The notes: generated by a model not told the origin, from the sequence alone. Positions 27,088 to 35,448 are shown, counted from the first letter of the stretch. The stretch is 64,000 nt of DNA from a bacterium (GCA_021788015.1 JAJYLD010000001.1:17581-81580); one strand, 5' to 3'. Made by a program: numbers and translations.

Positions 27088-28476
27088 ATGAAAATTTTAG
27101 ATTTCATCCAAGTTAATCCGTATCTTTTTGAAATACCCAAGTCGTACAGATCGGATATGCGCGTACCGGCGCGGATTTACATCAAAAAAGAAATGCTCGA
27201 GGCGGTTTTGAAAGAAAGGGCAATCGAACAGCTTTTGAACGTCGCCACCTTGCCGGGAGTGGACCATTTCGCGCTTGCCATGCCCGATATACATGAAGGC
27301 TATGGCTTTCCGATCGGCGGGGTGGCCGCGATTCGCGCGCGTGACGGAGTAATTTCGCCGGGCGGCGTAGGATATGATATAAACTGCGGTGTCCGGTTGC
27401 TTTTAAGCGAACACGGTCATGACGAGCTGAAAGAAAAAATTTTGCCCTTGGTTAATCAAATGCAGCGCGACGTTCCGTCGGGAGTGGGGCGGGGTGGGAA
27501 AGTGGTTTTAAAAGAAAGCGAATCGGACGAGATTTTAAATACGGGCGCGGAATGGGCGTTGAAAAACGGATACGCGTTCGGAGAGGATTTGAAAAATATC
27601 GAAGAGAACGGCAATTTTAAAATCGCGGACGCGAAATTTGTTTCGGACAAAGCGAAAAAAAGAGGGGCGGACCAACTCGGCACGATCGGTTCGGGAAATC
27701 ATTTTTTGGAAATCCAAAAAGTCGAAGAAATTTACGACCGGGAAACGGCGGATAGATTCGGAATGTTTTTAAATCAAATTACGGTCATGATCCATACCGG
27801 ATCGCGCGGCCTCGGCCATCAGGTATGCACGGATTATGTTCGCGTCATGAACGAAGTCGTGCCGAAATATAAAATCGTTTTGCCGGACCGGGAACTCGCT
27901 TGCGCGCCGTTTCAATCGGAAGACGGACAAAATTATTTTCGCGCCATGGCCGCGGCGGCGAATTTCGCCTGGGTCAACCGGCAGATGATCACGCATTTAG
28001 TCAGAGGAGCGTGGGAAAGAGTTTTGAAAGATGGAAAATCGCTGAAACTGCTTTACGACGTCGCGCATAATATCGCGAAATTGGAAAAATACAACGGCCG
28101 CGAGTACATTGTCCATCGCAAAGGAGCGACGCGCGCTTTCCCGGGTCAGCCCGTAATTATTCCTGGATCGATGGGCACGGCTTCGTATGTCCTTGCCGGG
28201 ACGGAAACGGCGATGCGAGAGACTTTCGGTTCAAGCTGTCATGGCGCGGGGCGGGCGATGTCGAGAATGAAAGCGAAAAAGACAATTGATTATAATGAGT
28301 TGAAACAAGATTTGGCGAAGAAAGAAATCATATTCCGGGTCGGCTCGGCGAAAGAGATGCTCGAAGAGGCGCCGCAAGCCTACAAGAATATAGATGATGT
28401 AGTGGACGTTGTCCATGGCGCCGGTATCGCGAAAAAGGTGGCGAAGTTGAAACCGTTGGCGGTGATTAAGGGGTGA
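27088..28476 (+). CDS. rtcB: RNA-splicing ligase RtcB
   Basis: ATG at 27088. Motifs MPDIHEGYGFPIGG, GYDINCGVRLL, GSGNHFLEIQ, HTGSRGLGHQV, GSSCHGAGR. Confidence 0.95.
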   Translation: MKILDFIQVNPYLFEIPKSYRSDMRVPARIYIKKEMLEAVLKERAIEQLLNVATLPGVDHFALAMPDIHEGYGFPIGGVAAIRARDGVISPGGVGYDINCGVRLLLSEHGHDELKEKILPLVNQMQRDVPSGVGRGGKVVLKESESDEILNTGAEWALKNGYAFGEDLKNIEENGNFKIADAKFVSDKAKKRGADQLGTIGSGNHFLEIQKVEEIYDRETADRFGMFLNQITVMIHTGSRGLGHQVCTDYVRVMNEVVPKYKIVLPDRELACAPFQSEDGQNYFRAMAAAANFAWVNRQMITHLVRGAWERVLKDGKSLKLLYDVAHNIAKLEKYNGREYIVHRKGATRAFPGQPVIIPGSMGTASYVLAGTETAMRETFGSSCHGAGRAMSRMKAKKTIDYNELKQDLAKKEIIFRVGSAKEMLEEAPQAYKNIDDVVDVVHGAGIAKKVAKLKPLAVIKG

Positions 28477-28652
28477 AGATTAGGTGTAGGTTTGTAGGTT
28501 TTTAATTTAGATCTCGTTATGTGTTACGCGTTATATGAAGATCTTGATTTATTTTTCAATTTGAGTTAATTTATTTAAAGATTAAACGAGGAGGTTTGGT
28601 CTTTTTATTTTTGAAAAATAAATATCCTGTAAGGATAATCCAAGGAGGAAAG

Positions 28653-28820
28653 ATGAAGAGGGTAAAAAGATATCCGCTTTTACAAGAAGCAGTTGACCGG
28701 AATCTGTTTAAATGCTGGCAAGCGGTCCCTCTTCACATCAAAGATATTTTAAGACACCCCGAATTATACACAGGGGATGCAAAGAAAATCGCTCTAAGAG
28801 AAGCGAAAAATAAATTGTAA
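28653..28820 (+). CDS. small hypothetical protein (55 aa)
   Basis: ATG at 28653 behind a strong RBS (ccaaggaggaaag). Followed directly by a terminator. No family recognised. Confidence 0.45.
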   Translation: MKRVKRYPLLQEAVDRNLFKCWQAVPLHIKDILRHPELYTGDAKKIALREAKNKL

Positions 28821-28847
28821 ACCGCTATTAAAACCAGCGGTTTTTTT
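28821..28847 (+). terminator. intrinsic terminator
   Basis: ACCGCT-ATTAAAACC-AGCGGT followed by T7. Confidence 0.75.
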
Positions 28848-28963
28848 ATAATTTAAAAATTTGGAAATAATTCTTAAATTCGCTCGAATTAAAATGAAAC
28901 AAAACCCCCAACCCCCTTTGTTAACAGGGGGGGGTTAAATAAAAAAAGGCAGACGATTCTGCC

Positions 28964-29977
28964 TTATGCGGTTATGTGCATTTCCTCTCTTTGAAAGTCA
29001 ACGACATGCTTCCCGACAAGTCTCTCGAAGATTGCGAGGTATCTCGCGGTCGTATCCGTAATGACTTTATCGGGAATCGGAAGGTTCGCGATGAAAGCGA
29101 GGTGTTCTTCGTTTTGCGGATCAAGAGTATGAATACCGACCGATCCGAAAGGAGTCCAGACCATTTTGCCCCATTGCCTTGCCGGTTCTTTGTCATAGCC
29201 GGAAGGCGATTTTTTCTGCTTCTGGGCCTCTTTATATTCTTTCAGGTCCCAGAGGCGGGAAGAGTCCGGGGTCAAGACCTCGTCCGCGAGGATGTAATTG
29301 ATTAACCCGTTTAGGATGAATCTGCCCCACTCGAACTTGGTGTCCGCGATGACTATGTCCTTACGCAAGGCGCAATCAGAAGCCCTGCTGAATATATCTA
29401 TCGAAAGCTTTGCTAGTTTGGGATCAACACTGTTAAAGTGGACATGCTCATCATGGCCAATTTGCGCCTTTGTGGTCGGCGTAAAAATCGGGCCGCCAGG
29501 AATGCGGGAGCCGTCGTGCAAACCGGGCGAAAGCTCTATTCCGCAAACCTGCCCGTTTTCTTTATATGATTTCCATCCCGATCCCGTGAGGATAGCGCGG
29601 ACTATGCATTCTTTGTCGACCATATCCAGTCTCTGCACCACGATGGCGCGCTTCTGTAATTCGGGGTCACCGCGGAGTTCGTAAGGCAGGAATTCGTCGA
29701 TACCGGCGCCGTAGGCCATTAGATGGTTGTCTATATAGGCGAGAACGCCGGTAAGCCAGAAGATTGTCATTGCTGTCAGAACCTCGCCCTTGAACGGAAC
29801 GAGACAGTTCAGGACGACATCAAAAATGCTCAGCCGTTCCGTAGCCAGGACGAGGTTGGTGGGGTATTTTGGGATCGCATAAGTATCCCTGACTTTCCCC
29901 TGATGAGTGCGCGGTAAGTATTTGAGAAGTTTTCTGCTCAAATCCGTTTCACGTACTACCTGTGGTATTTTTGCCAT
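28964..29977 (-). CDS. purC: phosphoribosylaminoimidazole-succinocarboxamide synthase (SAICAR synthetase), long form
   Basis: 337 aa. HQGKVRDTYAI...LVLATERLSIFDVVLNCLVPFKGEVLTAMTIFW matches PurC (GKVRD.Y...DR.SAFD....IP.KG..L...S.FWF). Terminator AAGGCAGA-ATCG-TCTGCCTT followed by T7 on the minus strand at 28937-28962. Confidence 0.85.
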   Translation of the reverse strand: MAKIPQVVRETDLSRKLLKYLPRTHQGKVRDTYAIPKYPTNLVLATERLSIFDVVLNCLVPFKGEVLTAMTIFWLTGVLAYIDNHLMAYGAGIDEFLPYELRGDPELQKRAIVVQRLDMVDKECIVRAILTGSGWKSYKENGQVCGIELSPGLHDGSRIPGGPIFTPTTKAQIGHDEHVHFNSVDPKLAKLSIDIFSRASDCALRKDIVIADTKFEWGRFILNGLINYILADEVLTPDSSRLWDLKEYKEAQKQKKSPSGYDKEPARQWGKMVWTPFGSVGIHTLDPQNEEHLAFIANLPIPDKVITDTTARYLAIFERLVGKHVVDFQREEMHITA

Positions 29978-30515
29978 TACGTCGCTTCCTCCTTTTTTCT
30001 TTTCGCCAATTCGGCGGCTTCCCTTATAGTCCTCGTTTTGGTCAATTTCGGAGTCGGGAGTTTAATTTCGGGAAGTTTGCCGTTCACCGCAAAGTGGCAA
30101 GCGCGTCTGAATCCGTCCTCGCCGATAAAGTCGCCCTGGTGGTCTTTGTATACGACCTGCGTTCCCGGTACTTTCTTTATACTCAGGATCGCGGCCAGCG
30201 TATCCTCTTCGGTTTTACCCTCAAAGGCGACACCGATCACTATCGTTTTTTGTTACGTACCATATATCTAAGGTACGCGTCGTCCGCGCCTGTTAATTGA
30301 TTGGCCATCCCCGCGCCGGTTACCAGAACATCGATATCGTCCATGTTCCAGAGATGCTCCCTTACTTCGTCCATGTTCCTATGAATACTGGCGGTTATGA
30401 CCGCCTTCACTTTTGCGGCGCCGACTACATCGGCTTCGTCAAGAAAACGCAAACCTTGAGCGCACTGCGGCAAATCGGAATCTGAACCGATCATGACTAA
30501 GATTTTTCTGATCAT
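29977..30515 (-). pseudogene. PurE/AIR-carboxylase-family gene interrupted by a frameshift in an A6 run
   Basis: N-terminal ORF: MIRKILVMIGSDSDLPQCAQGL...VLVTGAGMANQLTGADDAYLRYMVRNKKR*. Family sequence resumes one base out of frame as (KT)IVIGVAFEGKTEEDTLAAILSIKKVPGTQVV. The junction is AACAAAAAACGATAGTG (A6 at 30246-30251). Confidence 0.7.
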
Positions 30516-30624
30516 GAACACCCCCTTATGTATTTCTAAAACTAAAAAGAGCGAGTTAAAAACTCCTCCTGCATTTAATCTATAGTAAATTAGAAAAAAA
30601 TGCAAGAAAAAAGGCTTTGAAAAA

Positions 30625-31242
30625 TCAAAGCCAAAGACTTAATGCGAAAAAAGTGACATTAACAAGAAAATGCGAAGTCAAGGCGACCAAGAAGCCGTAT
30701 TTAACGAAAATAAAAGACAGAAACAAACCAATGAAAAAATGAGGAGTCACTACGAAAACATTTCTATTCGATTTCTCAAAATTATTAAGATGAGCCAGGC
30801 TCCAGACAAAATTGTATCCAAGCATGAGGCAATAAAACTGCGGTACGCCGGAAAAAAGAGAAAATCTCGGCACCCAGCCCAAAAAAATTCCTCTTGCGCC
30901 TTCTTCAATACAATTTGAACCGAAAACATTAAGAAAGAAACAAAGTAGATCCGATTTTTTCACTGAAGCTTCTTTCAGAAGTTCTCCAATTTTTGTCTCT
31001 TCGGTCGGTCCGATCAATCCTTCAATCATATTTCCCAAAGAAAGAGCGATAATGACCATAAGAAAGACAAGCCAGAGGACGTCATTTTTGAAAATGAAAA
31101 AAGTTAATTTCACTCTGACGATCTCTTTCGCTCCGCCGAGAAGAAATTTTGCCATATCCGCCCGGTTGAACAGGATTATCGTTATGACAAGAAGGTAAAA
31201 TGGAACCGTGAAAAAACGAAACGCTTTATTTTTAAAGGACAT
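30625..31242 (-). CDS. CPBP-family (CAAX/Abi) intramembrane protease
   Basis: 205 aa, polytopic. Motifs CIEEGARG (EExxxR), WSLAHL and LTSHFLVN (HxxxN). Confidence 0.75.
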   Translation of the reverse strand: MSFKNKAFRFFTVPFYLLVITIILFNRADMAKFLLGGAKEIVRVKLTFFIFKNDVLWLVFLMVIIALSLGNMIEGLIGPTEETKIGELLKEASVKKSDLLCFFLNVFGSNCIEEGARGIFLGWVPRFSLFSGVPQFYCLMLGYNFVWSLAHLNNFEKSNRNVFVVTPHFFIGLFLSFIFVKYGFLVALTSHFLVNVTFFALSLWL

Positions 31243-31322
31243 GTTTTTCCTCCCGTGTTTTTTTATTATTTTAAGTTATATTTCCGAATTGTCAAATAAA
31301 AAAAGCGGGTTTTTGTTCCGCT

Positions 31323-31421
31323 CTACTTTTTTGCGCGTTTGGAACGCGCTTTTTTACTTTGTTTCCTTTTGTTTTTCTTGTAGCCGCCACCGCATTTTTT
31401 CATGACAGCATATTTTTTCAT
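31323..31421 (-). CDS. 32-aa highly basic peptide ORF (not in track)
   Basis: ATG at 31421, 10 nt after GAGGAG. MKKYAVMKKCGGGYKKNKRKQSKKARSKRAKK*. Followed by terminator AGCGG-AACAAAAAC-CCGCT and T7. Confidence 0.35.
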   Translation of the reverse strand: MKKYAVMKKCGGGYKKNKRKQSKKARSKRAKK

Positions 31422-31428
31422 TTTTTAC

Positions 31429-32490
31429 TCAGCTCCTCTGGATTTTATCGAGCTCTGCCGGCTTGAATACTCCACGGTCTGTGATAATCCGGGTTATGTA
31501 TTTCGCCGGGGTCACATCGAAGCCGAGATTTACGGCCTCGGCGCCTTCGGGAGCGATCGCCTCTTCCCGGAAGTGCGTCAATTCTTTGGGAGACCGTTCC
31601 TCGATTTTAATCTCGTCTCCTGAATTAAGATTGAAATCGATTGTACTGGTCGGCGCCGCTACATAAAATGGAATGCCGTGCTCCTTGGCGAGGACGGCGA
31701 TCTGGTACGTACCGATTTTGTTCGCCGCATCGCCGTTCGCGACCACGCGGTCGGCGCCCACGACGACAACGTTGATTTTACCCTGGCGCATAAGAGCTCC
31801 GACGGCGCTATCCGCGACAAGAGAAGCGGGCACGCCCTCTTCAATGAGCTCATACATGGAAAGCTTTGAACCCTGATTCAGCGGGCGCGTTTCCGTCTGG
31901 AAAACATACTCCACCCTACCCGTACGGAAACCTCTAACGATAATGCCGAGAGCCGTACCTCCGCCGCCCACGACGGCGAGATTGCCCGTGTTTCAGTGAT
32001 GCAAAACACACGCGCCTTCGGGTAAAATCCCGAGGCCGTATGCTGAGATCGCTCGGTTTACTACTATATCTTCCCGTGCGATCGCAATGGCCTCGTCAAG
32101 AACCGCCTCCTTGATCTCAGCCGCGGTTTTCGTTTTGCGCGCTCTTTCCATAACTCTATCCAGACATTCGAACAGGTTCACCGCCGTCGGCCTCGTAGTC
32201 AATAATTCATCGGCCGCTGTCTCGAGATAGCGCAGAAGAAAAATGGCGTCTTCAGTCTCAGTCTCCTCCGAAGCGAGCACCATTCCGAACGCCCCCGCGG
32301 CTCCGATTGCCGGCGCGCCCCTGACGGCCATGTCTTTTATGGCTATGGCTACGTCTCCCCATGCGCGGCAAATAAGATACTCTGTTATTCCGGGCAACTT
32401 ACGCGTGTCCAGAATTTTTAGGATGTGTCCATCGTACGGTACGCCTCTCCACGTGAGCTGCAAAGTAGTTGAGGCAAATTCTGTTTGCAT
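31429..32490 (-). CDS. MtnA/eIF-2B-family sugar-phosphate isomerase (MTR-1-P or ribose-1,5-bisphosphate isomerase type) with in-frame UGA at the active-site Cys codon
   Basis: Track ORFs 31993-32535 and 31429-31971 are colinear in one frame: ...MAVRGAPAIGAAGAFGM...EGACVLHH-TGA-NTGNLAVVGGGGTALGII...ETRPLNQGSKL...VVVGADRVVANGDAANKIGT. The TGA is at 31993-31995. ATG at 32490 lies behind GGGGGTGA. Confidence 0.75.
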
Positions 32491-32634
32491 TTTCACCCCC
32501 ATTTTAGATTTAAAAAAAGAGCCGATCCAAATCAAGCTCCTCCTTTAAACTTAATCTAAGGCAAAATTAAAAATAATGCAAGGCGGGACGGAATAATAAA
32601 AAAGTTCGCGTCTAGCGAACTTGGATGCGCGGGT

Positions 32635-33867
32635 TTAACCCGCGTGTTTTCTGAAGCCCCGGTGTTCGGGGGCGAGGAAAGCGACAGACAGGCCGGCATC
32701 GGCGAAGAGCTGTTTTACCTCGTCCTTGTGCTGGCCATCACAAGGAACGACACCGCCCTTGCATCCGGCGTCAATGAGCAGCTCCGGCCCCTCGCGGCGG
32801 TCGGATTGGGAAACGAGACTGGAAATCTCGGAAAGGTAATTTAAGGCCTCTCTTTTCCCATCTCCGGTTTCCGCTGCGAGTGCGTCTTCCGCGGCTGCGT
32901 TTAAACCGCCGATTCTGTCTATTAATTTGTCAAGATCAGAAAGGTTGCCCTTAGCGTACGGGAAAAATGCATCGGAAGCAAACAGTGAATCCTTTGGATC
33001 ATGTCCGGCTCTATTCGCCCGTTCAAGGCAAAGGCGGACGCAGGCGATTCTGTCCTGCTGGCCGCAGCCCAAACCGATGAGCATCTGGTCCTTGGCGAGC
33101 GCGACTGTATTGCTCGATGCGAACCAGCAGCAGGCCCAGGCGATGATCAATGTCCCGAAATCAGTAATATTGGGTTTGCCTCTCATCGCAAGGGCAGGTA
33201 CATAATTGGTCCAATCAACCACCTCACTCGGAGTAAGATAAAACCCCGGAGCTCGCTGGACAAGCATGTCGGCGCCGATGCTCTTCCGTTCCCAAAGTCC
33301 GGGAAACGGCCTGGGATCAAGTAGCGCTTTATTGGCTATCAAACGTCTTTTTTCTCTCTTGCCGAGGAGCTCGATTGCTTCCTTTGAAAATGACGGCGCG
33401 AGTATGAGATCGAGTCCCCATTTTTTGCGGCCGATATCCGGGTCGTTCGGCACGGTAAAAAGTCCATCGGCAAGCCCCTCATCAATGGCAAAGTTGGTAA
33501 CCACCTCTCCGCCCATGACCGCGACAGAATCGCCCGTAAGCGCTTTGCGTATGGCCTTGGCTGGGTTGTCCCAATCATAAGCCGCGCCGCACGGATTGCC
33601 GTGCTTGCCGGCGACCGTGATATAAGGCATCTTGCCGGATGCTGCTTGCCTGAACGTTTCGGCGATGGTGCGCAAGATCGTGGTAATCTGGTATCCGTCG
33701 GCCATGGAAATATAGCTCGGCTCGCCGGAAACGATCTTAAATTTCGACATGGCCAACGGATCTCTAACCCCTTCAATCGACACAAGTGAAGCTGGATTTT
33801 GATACCGGTTCTCCGCGTAAGCGAGCTCCTTCGGAGTTCCTAACTTTATGTGGTTCGTTTTAGACAT
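32635..33867 (-). CDS. purH: AICAR formyltransferase (PurH C-terminal domain as a separate gene)
   Basis: Start MSKTNH at 33867 overlaps the stop of the upstream gene (ATGTCTAA). Motifs [59 protein letters not shown]. Confidence 0.8.
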   Translation of the reverse strand: MSKTNHIKLGTPKELAYAENRYQNPASLVSIEGVRDPLAMSKFKIVSGEPSYISMADGYQITTILRTIAETFRQAASGKMPYITVAGKHGNPCGAAYDWDNPAKAIRKALTGDSVAVMGGEVVTNFAIDEGLADGLFTVPNDPDIGRKKWGLDLILAPSFSKEAIELLGKREKRRLIANKALLDPRPFPGLWERKSIGADMLVQRAPGFYLTPSEVVDWTNYVPALAMRGKPNITDFGTLIIAWACCWFASSNTVALAKDQMLIGLGCGQQDRIACVRLCLERANRAGHDPKDSLFASDAFFPYAKGNLSDLDKLIDRIGGLNAAAEDALAAETGDGKREALNYLSEISSLVSQSDRREGPELLIDAGCKGGVVPCDGQHKDEVKQLFADAGLSVAFLAPEHRGFRKHAG

Positions 33868-34474
33868 CGGTTCCATCTCCGTCCTCGCCCATGGCCCGCG
33901 CGAGATAATCGGCAATCGTTCCGTCGTACCGAGACATCAGTTCGAAGACTTTTTTGGCAAGCCCGAGCCTGGTTTCTCTGTCGACCTGTCCGTTGTCGCT
34001 CATCTTTTTGAGAATCATATCGTAGTCATGCGGATCGACCACGACCACCACGCTTTCGAAGTTCTTGGCCGCGGCGCGAATCATTGTCGGCCCGCCAATG
34101 TCGATATTCTCGATGGCATCCTCGAATGTGCAGTTCGGTTTCGCGATCGTTTTCTCGAACGGGTAGAGGTTCACGACAACCATGTCGATCATCCCGATTC
34201 CGTGCTTTGCCGCTTCCGTCATATCTGCCTGCACATGCCTGCGCGCGAGTATGCCGCCGTGGATTTTCGGGTGAAGCGTCTTCACTCTCCCGTCCATCAT
34301 CTCGGGGGAGCCTGTGTAAGTGGAAACATCGATGACAGGAATGTCGGCGTCTTTAAGAGTCTTTGCCGTGCCGCCGGTCGAGATGATCTCGACACCCATT
34401 TCCGAAAGTCCCCGCGCAAAGTTCACAAGCCCGGTTTTGTCCGAAACACTGATTAACGTTCTTTTAATTTTCAT
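33860..34474 (-). CDS. purH: IMP cyclohydrolase (PurH N-terminal MGS-like domain as a separate gene)
   Basis: [35 protein letters not shown]...[25 protein letters not shown]...[16 protein letters not shown]. Confidence 0.85.
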   Translation of the reverse strand: MKIKRTLISVSDKTGLVNFARGLSEMGVEIISTGGTAKTLKDADIPVIDVSTYTGSPEMMDGRVKTLHPKIHGGILARRHVQADMTEAAKHGIGMIDMVVVNLYPFEKTIAKPNCTFEDAIENIDIGGPTMIRAAAKNFESVVVVVDPHDYDMILKKMSDNGQVDRETRLGLAKKVFELMSRYDGTIADYLARAMGEDGDGTDV

Positions 34475-34506
34475 ACGCCCTCCATTTCAAAATGTCTTTA
34501 CAAACA

Positions 34507-34746
34507 TCACCCTTCTTTTTTTAAGGAATCCAATTCTTTCGCTTCCATGATGCAGGCGATCCACCCGGGATCAAGAATTCTACTATTCGGATCTCTTGCC
34601 CAGAATTTATCGCCTGACTTTCCTTGATACCCCTCTTTTTTTAAAATCTCTTCCGCTTGCGTTCTCGAGCAAGGCCCCCTTATATTTAAGGTTTCCATGA
34701 CTGCAGTGAATTTGTACGCAATGATAAACAATTTTTCTATTTCCAT
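34507..34746 (-). CDS. small hypothetical protein
   Basis: 79-aa ORF with a GAGGTGA RBS-like sequence just upstream. No family recognised. Confidence 0.4.
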   Translation of the reverse strand: MEIEKLFIIAYKFTAVMETLNIRGPCSRTQAEEILKKEGYQGKSGDKFWARDPNSRILDPGWIACIMEAKELDSLKKEG

Positions 34747-34879
34747 GTATCACCTCATGTTTTATTTTAAAGACCAAAAGAGCCGGATCAAAAAGATCGG
34801 CTCCCCCTTAACTAAGGTAAGATTAAAACAGAAACGGAAAAATTGCAAGAAAAAATCCAATTATCTAAATTGGATTATT

Positions 34880-35128
34880 TTATGAAGCGGTGTAATAAAC
34901 CAGCTCGTTTTTGTCGGGAAGTGGCAATTCCGTTAATTCGAGTTCTTTGACAAAGAGCAAAACGTCTTTTTTAATGGCATTTTCAATCAGGAATTCGATC
35001 GGTCCCTTTCCGGCATTGGCCAGTAATATTATTTTTTTTTCGTTTTTAAGAAAGTATAAAAAGTACTCAACCTTTTTGTCACCGAGTTTGTCAAGGATTT
35101 CCTTCAGGACTTCTTCTTTTTTTGTCAT
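34880..35128 (-). CDS. small hypothetical protein
   Basis: ATG at 35128 (MTKKEEVLKEILDKLG...) behind AAGGAGGGG. No family recognised. Confidence 0.45.
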   Translation of the reverse strand: MTKKEEVLKEILDKLGDKKVEYFLYFLKNEKKIILLANAGKGPIEFLIENAIKKDVLLFVKELELTELPLPDKNELVYYTAS

Positions 35129-35157
35129 CTGACCCCTCCTTATTATCAAAGTTTTGT

Positions 35158-35348
35158 TAGTGCCAAAAGAGGGAATCGTCCCGCCATTCGCTTCGCGGGC
35201 GGGATCGCTCGCTCACACGCTCGCGAAACTCATCTGCTCTGTGGGCATAGTGGAATCGAACCCTCATGAGATTGCTCTCACACGATTTTGCCCCGGCACC
35301 AATAAGGTGCGGGGCACCCTGAACCCTTTGTGGTTCAGGGTGAGTCGT
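35158..35348 (-). other. decayed partial duplicate of tRNA-Leu (anticodon stem to 3' end) split by GC-rich hairpin insertions
   Basis: 35252-35289 is identical (38/38) to 35373-35410 of the intact tRNA. 35341-35348 (TGAGTCGT) matches 35410-35417. 35158-35178 (tagtgccaaaagagggaatcg) matches the tRNA 3' end 35359-35379. The intervening segments form hairpins. Confidence 0.7.
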
Positions 35349-35361
35349 TTTTAATTTCTAG

Positions 35362-35445
35362 TGCCCGGAGAGGGAATCGAACCCTCATGAGATTGCTCTC
35401 ACACGATTTTGAGTCGTGCGCGTCTGCCAGTTCCGCCATCTGGGC
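35362..35445 (-). tRNA. tRNA-Leu (anticodon CAA), type II with long variable arm
   Basis: Minus strand: GCCCAGATGGCGGAACTGGCAGACGCGCACGACTCAAAATCGTGTGAGAGCAATCTCATGAGGGTTCGATTCCCTCTCCGGGCA. Anticodon loop CTCAAAA and T-arm GAGGG-TTCGATT-CCCTC. One A-C mismatch in the acceptor stem. CCA is not encoded. Confidence 0.85.
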
Positions 35446-35448
35446 CTT

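Noticed and set aside
30240-30256. Programmed -1 ribosomal frameshift or transcriptional slippage at the purE-like A6 run.
   Set aside because: In the zero frame the heptamer is C_AAA_AAA rather than X_XXY_YYZ. The run is too short for efficient transcriptional slippage, and no obvious downstream stimulatory structure was noticed. A simple indel or sequencing error is more parsimonious.
31993-31995. Global stop-codon reassignment (UGA=Gly code 25 or UGA=Trp code 4) as the explanation for the interrupted genes.
   Set aside because: Long backbone genes (ligD 840 aa, the spermidine-synthase-like 878 aa, the VirD4-like 848 aa, typA, cysS) are uninterrupted and end at ordinary stops. The few interruptions involve all three stop codons plus frameshifts, and they occur only in accessory genes.
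35158-35348. A second tRNA (including tRNA-Sec or an intron-containing tRNA-Leu) next to tRNA-Leu(CAA).
   Set aside because: There is no 5' acceptor or D-arm half. The T-stem is broken (CCACT instead of CCCTC). The insert sits within the anticodon rather than at the canonical 37/38 intron site. CUCAC is not a Sec anticodon loop.
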